Assembly (NCBI GenBank): GCA_976226885.1
Contig: OZ320315.1
Location: forward strand, 69,626,001-69,690,000
Source of the DNA: Iphione sp. A-MEVVRFRX5
Lineage: Eukaryota
Direction: 5' to 3'
Length of the DNA: 64,000 bases
This document shows positions 1-10,197 of the stretch, one piece after another (position 1 is the stretch's first letter; the number at the start of each line of letters is the position of its first letter). The position numbers and the translations under genes are program-made. Below the pieces are notes generated by a model. The model was not told the DNA's origin and did not search any database. It worked only from the letters and a program-made list of their open reading frames with translations.

Positions 1-257
1 GCGTCAGCATTCCCCCTTAACTACCTGCCTCCATAGCACAATCCTTCATATCCCCAACGATGAGCGATTTAGCGCCACATGCCATCTGCCACCGTATATA
101 ACATCCATGGCCATTTGACGAAACAATAACGGTATTTAGTATTTGTTTTAACAGCCGGAAGACACCAATAAGGAATCTATTCGGTACGATTTAAATCAAC
201 ACAATGCTTGTTGTGGCATTGAGTACTAGATCCGAGAAAGATTTGGTATTTCCCTAG

Positions 258-317
258 AAGATGTAGCTTACCTTTACAGAGGGCCCAGTGTGTTAGAGAA
301 CATGTACATCCCTGACG
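258..317 (+). other. Candidate 60-nt phase 1-1 exon, (E)DVAYLYRGPSVLENMYIPD(G), product unknown
   Basis: Acceptor TTTCCCTAG at 249-257, donor GTGAGT at 318-323, open frame, length a multiple of 3. No homolog recognised. Confidence 0.25.
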
Positions 318-3300
318 GTGAGTACACCATTCGTCGGTGCCCGTTACCACAAGAGTAAGTTCCTGCTGGTTCACTGGTACGGGAGGGGCAAATCCGAGCA
401 ATTACTCCTCACTCGTGTCACCTGACATCCGCAGGCTTGACCACCAACACAGCGTAAATCCCCGGGATCTGTGTACTGAGAGATGGGAAACGGAGTGTTG
501 CCTCACGCGTCACCCTGGAGGGGGTCTCCGGTGGCCGTCACAGCGCCAAGGGTAGTGCCGAAGTCTGGGCGCCAGTCGCCGGGCAAAAGGGAGGGTGGCG
601 GTGGGCGAGCGATCCACGTGCGCGGGATGGTGCCTGGCCCGATCGGCTGGGACGCCAAAGGTGCGTGCCCTGTTCATGCGTGGCCCGTGCCCATACTGAG
701 GTCAAACGACGCAGCAGCTCACATTGGCCCTCTGTCAAAAGGAGGGGAGGGTGGGGGTTAGGAGTGCACCACCAAGCACAAGGCGCCAGCACGCCACGAC
801 CAGATGACAAACAATGATAAACCCGCGGTCTATACTTATAAATGGCTAGCGTGGAAATGCAACTCCGCCCAGCAGTGCTCACTGATACTCTGCAATAATA
901 TAAAGAAAAAGCCCCGAGTCCGTCACATTGTTGACAAGACCGCTGAGCCGAGGTGGTATTTTTTCTCCTGTCACAGTGAAATATTAAAGGTCACAGGAGT
1001 CCCCGGTAGAGTGTGGGAAAGTTCTGAATGAGTGCGCCACATACACACTCAGTCGGTCGCCGTAATGCACACGGCGCCCCCTGGCGGCGTCTGTGACCGA
1101 TGGCTCCCCCTCGCGGACGGTTGATGTCGGGCAGGTGTCTAGGGCACGGCCACTGACAGTAACCAATGAGAAACCTCGTGACGACGGCGGAGCCGCCGAT
1201 GAGACGGGGAGGGATGCGCTGCAGTAGGACTCTTTACCGTAGTGTGGTACGTGCGTGAGAATGTATGGCTGTGTGCACTGTTCCCTATCTTCTTTGTATG
1301 CATTGCAACAAATTGTCGCCGCACGGACCACTGCTTCGCGGCCACCAGGTGAAAGTCTTGGCTAGATATAATAAATGGAAAGAAATTGTATGGTCCTGTA
1401 AAGCCAGGTAGGCTAGCCCGTTCAAGGACCAGTTAATTGTTTTCTGCATCACCCAGAACAGTAATGGAGCCATGGAAAAATCGTGCCATTCCGTACCCTA
1501 GCTTTGAAGTATAATACACTCGGCATCAATACGAACGCCCACACGAACATATACATGTATAGCAAAACACAGCCTGCGGGCACCAACAATGGCGGCATAT
1601 AGTGGACCTTTGGGCCGAGACAGGTTCCACAAGGAGGCGACGGTGGGGCGGACTACAACGGAGCAGATCACTCGGCATACCTCCGAGAGAGGGGTTCACA
1701 GCGTGTGGAGCGCCACACCTCCGTTAGGTTCCGTGGTGGGATGTAGAAGGGGGACAGTCAGTCAGGCGTCACAATGGTCGTGGTAACTGCCAACACCAAT
1801 TATGGCTCAATGCTTGAGGGCTGGCGTCTCGTTGAGGCACGGGGAGCCTCTTGTAGTGGTTGACATCATAATCTACTGTCATATGCAAATTACTGAACTA
1901 ATTGCCCAACTGAAAAGAAATCAACTCAGTTACCGCTTCATAACGTATGTAAGTAAAATATGATCAAATCATTTAATATAACTATCTTTCCTAATGATTG
2001 ATCTTCTCAGATATACCTGAAGTCAGATATACCTTAAGTCAGTAATATAGATCAAGGTAGTTTCCTGGGAATCAATGCCCTTGTAGTGTTGCTGAGGAAT
2101 CTAGGGTCCCTTTTTTAGGTGACAGGGTTAGGCTAGCTTGAAAAAGTATGAAAATCTGGTAAATTTGATGGGAATAGTGGCAAAAACCAGTGAATTTCAC
2201 TTGAAAAAGTGAGGAAATGTGAGGGAATGTACCTGCTGCAAAGCATATTATCTTCTATCTACTCATTCATGTGTGTTCATGGTGCAGAAAGAAAAACATT
2301 GCCCGTTTTCCATCTCCGGACCTCTCCGCACTATGCGCCATGTACACATAAAAAGATTCCTGTCCATTAGCATAGGGTCATTTTTATTCCATACACACAT
2401 ACATGGTCTATAGGAGAAAAAAAACCTGTACATGTGGAAAGCTAGCCTTACTTTGATTGAAATTGCATGCCAAGTATTACGTGCATGCACAGCCTTATTT
2501 CATCACCTCCATATATCTTTAAGACAGATAACTTGGTTAACTTACATGCATGTATATATAAATATATTATTTTTAAAAGGGAATTTCTAAGCAATCAAGC
2601 CAGTGACCCAGCATCGCCTTCTGACCTGAGCTTTTTAGAACTATTATAAAGCACTTGCCCTGGGAACTATTCGGTAACATACAGTTGACAGTAACTGAGC
2701 TTCATCCGAAAAAGTGCTAATCGCAAGCAGAGGTGTTATAATCGTTGCTCATCTATCACCTGTGTGTGGTACATACATGTACTTCCTGAACAGGCATAAG
2801 TAGTCTTCTGATCGACCGGTCTGCCTCCTCCTCCTCTCGTCCTGCTTACATCAACCTGTCACTTCTAGCACATCTGACAACATGACGTGCTGACCTCCCT
2901 CTACCTTTACTGCCATATTAATGACGCCACGATAAAACTAGCCATTCATCAGGTAAGTGTCTGCCATGTTCACAACCAAATACTTTGGATATTTTCACGA
3001 GGACCAAGATTCTGTGAAATGCTCATGTTAACAGCCATTTGAAGCTTCAAAGATGAGACAAAATCATTTTTGAGATTTTCTTGACAGGATGATCCCAATG
3101 ACAGAGTTAAAATACAAAGAAAATATATACTTTTTCTTTTGTGTTTGCCTTATACTTGCAGGGAACTGTTAAGATATCAAATAGAAACTGTCCTATTGAG
3201 TTTTCCCCTATTTTTTTAATTCCCATTACGTGTTTTTATAACTCAAGGGGAAGGAGAAAAAAATTATGTTTAATTGGTGTTTCATTCATGTCCCTAAATG

Positions 3301-4467
3301 TAGTTTTATATGGGGAAAACATCCGAGAACGACATGTGTACATATAAGGTGAAAGGCACAGGAAAGCATGACCTCACAAAACTTTCAATAATGCTGTATT
3401 CATAGTAAAAACTGATTTTTAAAAAATCGCTCATAAGTGAGGAATACACTCGAGTCATTCTAGCTTTCTATTTTAATTGTCCTATTCAACTATCCTGTTG
3501 CCTCCCTGCCACCACCACCGCCCACACGAATAATGAAGTCGAACAAGGATGGGCTGGGATGCGAGGCAATGGAAATGTTAGGGCCGCTGGTCGCCTCATC
3601 TGACCAGTGCAGACGGCCGACCAGCTGGCAATATTTTCCACTCCGCGTTACATGTTTTCCCCAGTTGCCGCCGCATGCTATGACATGGCGACCCGTCACC
3701 AAACAGACGGTCGCCTCGGGCCCCGCAGAGTCAGACATCAAATGGCTAAACGCCGTGGCGCATTCCACGCTTCTGTTTACGGAAGCGGCTGAAGAGAACA
3801 TGATGCTTTCACTCACGCATGCCCTGTGTGAAATTTGAATCTGCGTTTTCCTTTCGGCCCACGAATGGCGGACAAGCTTACGTTCCATATGGATGTATAC
3901 ATCCACTGGCCCCAGCCTTACGTTTTTTTAACTTCTCTATATCCGCTTTCAGCGCGAAGATGTAATGTCCTCTTGGGTTTTTCTGAGGATGGAATTGCAC
4001 TCATTTCCTCTGTCTTAATGAGGTGCACGACCACGAGATATCCTACTATGTTTTGGCCCATTAGTGTTGATCATTTTCAAAAAAACTAACAGAATACCTG
4101 TACAAATAGTGTACGAAAAAGGGCCTGAAAAATAATGTAGTATTCAAGAAGAAATTCACTTTTAAAAAAGTTGCCCGCACAAAAACCAGTTGGTGTTTTG
4201 AAGTGAAATACAAACAAGAACATAATCAACAAAAAAACGTGGCTAGCGTGTATGACGGAAAAAATACAAACAAGAACAAAGACCTTAGTTCATATACATC
4301 ATTACCTGTTATCTGCAAAATGCACATAACAGTTAAGATTAGAACAGAGAGAGTGCTGCTGTTTGTTAATCTAAAACCTACTTGAGCTAATTGAGCTAAT
4401 TGAAATAACAATGAAGGAGAAATGTGGGGCACTCTAGCATTGTGATGGTACTGCTGAATATAAATAT

Positions 4468-4605
4468 ATGGGCCAAATAAGGGAGTTTATTTGGGCATTG
4501 GCAAGATGACAGAGCAACTGTGTTTACTCACCTAGACAACTACATTATGATGTCCTGTTATGATAGAATGTTCTTGTGTCAACTGTCATTCAGATCGAAA
4601 ATTTT
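4468..4605 (+). repeat. Split direct repeat A1
   Basis: 138 bp, ATGGGCCAAATAAG...CAGATCGAAAATTTT. Aligns without gaps to 9966-10103 with 14 mismatches (about 90%). Confidence 0.95.
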
Positions 4606-4711
4606 GAGCAGCTAGGACGTGGTTCCTTATCAGACGTCTTCATCGTGTGCTTGATTCGTATTATCATGGGAAGGCATTGTTCCAAGTGCCATAAGAGGCA
4701 TAATCCACTGG

Positions 4712-5560
4712 TTGGTAAGAGATGCTAACATGTTTCGGAGGATTTTGATGTTTCGCTGTCGGATTTTCCCGTGGTTTTGCCCACTAATGAGGAAAAATGG
4801 TGCTCATCATGACTCGAATGGTGGCGTGATGGCTGGTAATGGTGATATCGAGGATATTTCGACGAGGGTGGGTTGTTTGGAGAATATGCTTTCTCTATTT
4901 ATGGCTTCAAATGGTGCTGGCACGTCATCATAGTCGAAGGACAACAAGTCTGACCCAGTTTCTAAGGAGGTGCCAGAAGTCGATTCGTCTTGTTCAGACG
5001 AAAATTCATCATCGAGTGATTGTGATAGCGATGTTGCCGACTAGTCAAAGAAGAGAGCTGCTGGTAAGAAGAAACCTTTCAATGTTTGGGCAGCAGCAAA
5101 GGTGAAAGACATTAAGACTTTTGATGAACTCTTGCTAGGCTCGATGTGCTTATTGCAGTAATACCTTAGGAAAAGCACCGATGTTTCTGTTTCTGTTACT
5201 TGAGTCATATTTTGTTTATGCTCGAGAAACGTGTGAAAAACGTGTATAAGGATGTTTCCTTTATTGATTACGATAAGGATGTAAGGCATCGTGCTGAGAA
5301 AAAAGGTAATAGCTTTTTCCAATTTGGTGACGACGAGTTTATTAGGAGTCATTTTAGTTTTGACATGATGGTGCTCCCTAGTCAAAGTAAGGGCTCATTT
5401 CAAAAGTCGAAGTATAAGCGTAGTGATAATGCAGGTCATTGCTCTGAAAAGGTGTGCTACAGGTAAAATAGTGGTACTTGCCATGACAGTAGTTTTGTTT
5501 TTAGACATGCCTGTCTAGTTTGAAATGCTTTGGATCACAAGGCTTATGAGTGCTCGTCTA
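4712..5560 (+). pseudogene. gag-like ORF1 of the Ngaro element (stops and frameshifts)
   Basis: FIDYDKDVRHRAE resembles the DIRS gag YD..FR motif. C-YR*NSGT-C-HDSS-F-VFR-H (5455-5508) is a degenerate CCCH finger. C-LV-*-NALD-H-KAYE-C (5512-5553) is a CCHC knuckle with TGA at Cys2. Confidence 0.7.
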
Positions 5561-5628
5561 ATGTAAACAATGCGGAGAAATCAAAAGAGCAGTCAGTTGG
5601 TAAGAGGTGACTAGATGAGGAGGAGGAA

Positions 5629-7629
5629 ATGGAGGACTACGCATCTGTTGCTATTGATGTTTTTTCCTTTCCAGATCTGGAACTACGTGATAAAATATCT
5701 GCACCTGTTAAACTTGAACCTGTTGTGGAAATGAAGTTTTTGAAAAGTAATTGTTCTGATCTAGGAAGTGTAGATAGCGATTGGTTGCTGTTAGATGTCT
5801 CCAAGAGCATTGAAAGTACCGATTGCTGTGACCCCGCTGTGGTTAACCCGAAATTAATGTATGTGGTATTTAATGCTGATTGGGTGGTGTATATTTATGA
5901 TGACTAGTTGATGAATAAATGTGATTGCGAGTATGTCTTGGATGGTATAACCAGCAAACTCATCCCGTGTAGATTTTTCAAAGGATGTGCCTTCGGTAGC
6001 TCGAATGTTAAAACGAGATCTTCCTTTGGTCTAGGGTCTGTCAGAGCTTCAAAATGCTGAACACGGATTTCGAGCATTCGTATTTCTGCAAGAATTATAA
6101 GTCAATCGAAACGGACAGGTTTAGGAAGGAGATGTCAGAAAGGATTAATGATGAGTTGGACAAAGGTTTTATTAGCAGGGTTGAGTTTATTCCTCGTTGT
6201 ATTCATGCTACGGGTGGAGTCCCTAAGTCAGATGGCTCATTGTGGCCAATAACAGATTGTTCGAGACCGTCCGGGATCTCTATCAATAACTACATGGATG
6301 GGTTGTATGCAGAATTCTCATATAAGTCTGTTTCTGATGCCTGCCTATTTTTGAATGAGATCGACTTTTTGGCTTTTGTTGATATAAGCAATGCTTATCG
6401 TCCGGTCCCAGTGGAGGCAAGATATAGGGAGTTGCAGGGATTTTACTGGCCGGAGGCTGGTGTGAATAAATTTTATGTTACTAATACTCTCACCTTCGGT
6501 TTGAAATGTGCTCCTTATATTTTTACGCAGATTTCAGATTTCATTTATGATGAGTACAGTGCTATGTGCTCATCTGGTTTGGTGATTTACTCGGATGACT
6601 TTCTTGTATGAGGAAAAGGGACCCTTTGTTTGAAATCATCACCGGTTTAGGGTTTGATATTTCTTGGAGGAAAGTGACAAAGCCCTCCACGAGATGCATT
6701 TATCTTGGGATTGAGATAGACCCAGAGGACATGGTGCTGAGGTTGCCAGAAGGTAAACGAGAGAAAATGAGAACTCTCCTTCAAAAGGTGTTGTCGAGGG
6801 GGGAGATGAACCGAAAGGAAGGTGAAAAGTTGTCCGGGTTTTTGGCCCCTTGTGCTATGATCATTAGCGGTGGTAGGACTTTTTGTAGAAGTCTTTATAA
6901 TTTCGTGGATACCCTTCCTAGAAACAATAGGAGGTGTGCAATTGAGAATTTGGTCAAGGATGATCTGAAATGGTGGTTGTCTTTTTCTAGTATGTTTAAC
7001 AGTGCTGGGAAAATAATCAACTGGGCATCTCCAAGCTTTGAGTGTTTCACTGATACATCCTTCAAAGGTTTTGTTGTTGTGGGGAAAATTGGTTTCTTGG
7101 TTCATGGAAGATCAGTGAAGGTGCCTTAGGCTGTGGTCATTATGAGAGTCCCCCTAGCTTTGAAGTTGTGGAAAAGAACATGAATGTTTTTGAGCTTTGG
7201 CCAGTTGTAGTTGCTTTAAAAAGATGGAAGGATTTATGGTGGGACCGTTCGGTGTTGTTTAGAGTGGACAACACTCAAGTAGTACATATGCTGAGGACTG
7301 GAAGGAGTAGTAATAGAACATGTTTATGGTGGATCAAGGACATGTTTTGGACATGTATGATCTGTAATATCCATATTACGTGTGATTACATTAACACTAA
7401 TGATAATGTAGTCGCAGACACACTTTCAAGGTGGAAGTCTGGTTGGTTTGTTGATGATGTGAGATGGGTAGCATGGTCTGGGAATGCCTGCTGTAGGGGT
7501 TCTCTTATTTCTTGCAGTGAGGATGGAGAAGCTGGACGCCCAGGTGGAGTGGCTGAGAAAGAATGCCTATTCAAGGAACACCCTGTTGACGAGGAAGATG
7601 CAGGAGGAGACCTACCTTTTATTTTGTAG
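5629..7629 (+). pseudogene. Reverse transcriptase / RNase H (pol) of the Ngaro element, frameshifted
   Basis: RT motifs PKSDGS.WPITDCSRP, DISNAYR, LTFGLKCAPYIF, YSDD (6588-6599), YLGIEID and KDDLKWW. RNase H motifs FTDTS, NVFELWPVVVA, RVDNTQVV and NVVADTLSR. Spread over ORFs 6054-6611, 6608-7129 and 7168-7629. Confidence 0.92.
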
Positions 7630-7770
7630 GGAGTATGATTTGAGGGCTTTTCCTTGTGGCCAGGTGCAATTTAGGAGGTATGCCGCCTTTTTGAGTTTTA
7701 GAATGAGGTCGTCGTCAGTAGCTCATTACTTGAGTGGTTTGACTTTTTCTCATAAAATTAGAGGCTCTAA

Positions 7771-8432
7771 GCCCTGGTTTCCATATGTGCGGTGATGTGC
7801 GTGTGCGGTGAAATGAGGTGAAGTGCATTTTTATTGAAACCGTTGTCAATAGTCTAGGGTGTTCCATACCTGCGGTGATGTGCGTGTGCGTTGCTGTGCG
7901 TTGCAGTGCATTGCCCGTTTTCTGTCCCTTCCCATAAATTTGCCGCAAACGCACGGCGATGCACTGCAACGCACTGGTATTTCTTCATTTTGACTCACTT
8001 TGACTCACTTTGACTCACTTTTGGATGTGAATACCGCATATTTCTGCACATTTCCGCACATTTCCGCACAATGTCGTTTTTTTCCCAAATTTTTCCGCAC
8101 ATTTTTGCCATTTTTCGGCTGAATTTCTATGAAATATGTCGTTTTTTGGCGCAATTTGCATGTAATTTGCCGTTTTTCTGCTGAATTTCCATGAAATAAG
8201 ACGTTTTTCGGGTCAGTTTCCATGTAATTTGTCGTTTTTCGGCGTTTTTTTTGCTGTTTCTTGCATTTTCCAGTCATAAAACACACTGGTCTGCACTGGC
8301 CCGCACTGGTTGTCAAAAGACACCCCTGTGCGTCGCCGTGCGCTAAAACAAAAACACACACAAACGCACTGGAAATGCACGCAGACTTCACCGCACTTCG
8401 CCGTACAGCAACGCAGGTAAGGAAACTGGGCC
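7771..8432. mobile_element. Non-autonomous TIR element (PIF/Harbinger-like MITE) inserted in YR
   Basis: TAA on both sides (7768-7770, 8433-8435). Imperfect 21-bp TIRs GCCCTGGTTTCCATATGTGCG versus GGCCCAGTTTCCTTACCTGCG (15/21). GTGCGTTGC subterminal repeats, (TGACTCACTT)x3 and an internal ~30-bp tandem array. Excision restores the YR frame. Confidence 0.8.
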
Positions 8433-8756
8433 TAAGTTTCTGAATGCCAATGATTTTAATGTTAGGTGGATTTTGACAGGTTGCAAGAGGTTAGATAATA
8501 AACCGACTTTGTCATCTGATGGGTTGGACGTTGAGGCCTTGTTATCAATTTTTGATTGTTTACGTTTTGATGGTATCTTCAAAGTCGTTTTCTGGTGTGC
8601 AGTCTTATTGGGCTTTAGGTGCCTGTTGAGGAAGAGGCAATTCACAGGGCCATGTGGTTTGAAAAGGGGTGATGTTTTCTTTTTAAAGGAGGGTGTCAAG
8701 ATCTTAATTCGTTTATCTAAGACAGATCAGTTTGGTAGCAATCCAAGGTCTATCAT

Positions 8757-9175
8757 CAGGCCCGTAGCCAGAAGCTTGTGTGGGGGGTATCTGAAATGAC
8801 AGAGGTGGAACTCCAGGGTGGAGAGGGTGGAACTCCTGGTTACAAAGGTGGAACTCCTGGTGACCATCAACATTTTCTCCTGTTTTTCTAACTTCTGTTG
8901 ACAAGATTTTGTATGCACATTGGACTCTCACTGAAAGACCAGATCAGAGAGAGACCAGATCATAGGGGAGACCACAATATCATAGTCCCAAACAGCATAT
9001 TTCCTATATAAAAAGAGACCTCAGGGGAGACCTGATCACAGGAGAGATCATATTCCTTCAGTCCCAGAGGTGGTCTGCTAAGTGGGAGTTGACTGTGTTT
9101 TTCCCTGGTTGGAAATAATGGGTCCTCTGGGGGGTATCGGACAATACCCCCGATACCCCCTTGGCTACGGGCCTG
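8757..9175. mobile_element. Non-autonomous hAT-like TIR element with 6-bp target duplication, inserted in YR
   Basis: Perfect 14-bp TIR CAGGCCCGTAGCCA (8757-8770, 9162-9175), GGGGGTATC subterminal motifs at both ends, TATCAT at 8751-8756 and 9176-9181. Excision restores ...PRSIMISSCEDKRLC. Confidence 0.88.
8916..9097. mobile_element. Small MITE nested in the hAT-like element
   Basis: Imperfect TIRs CACATTGGACTCTCACTGAAAGACC (left) versus CACAGTCAACTCCCACTTAGCAGACC (right, reverse complement), with internal GAGACC repeats. No clean target duplication. Confidence 0.55.
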
Positions 9176-9918
9176 TATCATGATTTCAAGCTGTGAGGAC
9201 AAGAGGTTGTGCTTGGTGTTCTGGTTGAGATTTCTATTTAGTGTAGTTAGACTTGATAATGATTGTCAGGTTTTGCGTATGTTGTGTAGGAGAATCTTCA
9301 GTTGTTAGAGTATCGTCTTTTTCAGTCCTTTTTGAAGGACATTTGTAAGAGGGTGGGAGTGGTAGGTAGGATCACTTCCCACTCTCTAAGAAGAGGTGGT
9401 GCAACTCATTTAGCAAGGTTGGGGCTTCCAGTTTATTCTATCAAGTTGAGAGGTGGCTGGTTGAGTGATGTGGTGTACAAGTATATCAAGCCTACATGTG
9501 GACAGAAGTTGGCTGAGGACGTTTTTGTTTCCTCTTCTTTGGGCGTTGGTTCTAAAATGGTTAACCGTGACGCTGCACTGAATTCTATATCCCAGAAAAC
9601 GTATTGTAACGAGGGCCCCATCACGCCATGATTTTAAGCGAGAAAGGCAGCTATTGAAACCGGATGTTTTGAGCCCTCGGCCAATGAGAGTGTGCGTTAC
9701 AAAGGCAGGTTGAATCAAAATGGCGACGACTAGCTTCCGTTTCTTACTTCAGGGATGAAACACAAGGGTAATTATGCACTAAATAATGTATTTTAGCTGT
9801 AATTTCACTTCAAACCATTTCAGAACCGTGATTGGTGAATTTTTCTCGTGCTGGGCTGTATATCCCAGTGCCTCCAGCCTCAGACCCAGCACGCGATTCC
9901 GTCCTTAATCGCTTAGCC

Positions 9919-9967
9919 AAATTGTGTATGACTACCCAATTTGTGTGTTGAGTCCAGTCTGTTCAAT
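9919..9967 (+). repeat. Split direct repeat B1
   Basis: AAATTGTGTATGACTACCCAATTTGTGTGTTGAGTCCAGTCTGTTCAAT, identical to 10130-10178. Confidence 0.95.
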
Positions 9968-10103
9968 GGGCCAAATAAGTAAGTTTATTTGGGTATTGGA
10001 AAGACCAGGGAGCAACTGTATTTACTTACCTAGACAACTACATTGTGACGTCCTGTTATGATAGAATGTTCTAGTGTCAACCGTCATTCAGATCGAAAAT
10101 TTT
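9966..10103 (+). repeat. Split direct repeat A2
   Basis: Second copy of A1, overlapping the end of B1 by 2 nt (AT). Confidence 0.95.
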
Positions 10104-10129
10104 AACTTTTTCTGTCTTAAATAAACCCT

Positions 10130-10178
10130 AAATTGTGTATGACTACCCAATTTGTGTGTTGAGTCCAGTCTGTTCAAT
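10130..10178 (+). repeat. Split direct repeat B2 (3' end of element)
   Basis: 49/49 identity to B1, followed directly by an (AT)n run. Confidence 0.95.
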
Positions 10179-10197
10179 ATATATATATATATATATT
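10177..10197. repeat. (AT)n microsatellite at the right junction of the Ngaro element
   Basis: Direct reading. Confidence 0.9.

Larger units (their letters stand above)
7523..9631 (+). pseudogene. Tyrosine recombinase (YR) of the Ngaro element, split by two insertions and one frameshift
   Basis: MEKLDAQ...AYSRNT...YLSGL...HKIRG N-terminal domain. Catalytic motifs LLRKRQF (Arg), SKTDQFG (Lys), SHSLRRGGAT (His-x-x-Arg) and GGWLSDVVYKY (Trp/Tyr). The start overlaps the RNase H frame, as is typical of DIRS elements. Confidence 0.92.
4468..10178 (+). mobile_element. Ngaro-like tyrosine-recombinase retrotransposon (DIRS order), decayed, full-length architecture
   Basis: Ordered gag (zinc fingers), RT, RNase H and overlapping YR frames, bounded by split direct repeats A1 (4468-4605) ... 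B1 (9919-9967) A2 (9966-10103) B2 (10130-10178). This A1-B1-A2-B2 layout is the established Ngaro/PAT arrangement. Confidence 0.9.

Noticed and set aside
1330-1430. Gypsy integrase GPY/F motif (PGFTGPY, minus strand)
   Set aside because: Isolated short match with no DDE core or LTR context.
7980-8260. CRISPR-like array, and ORFs 8005-8391 and 7715-7969
   Set aside because: The repeats are adjacent degenerate tandem units without unique spacers, inside a MITE. The ORFs are low-complexity by-products.
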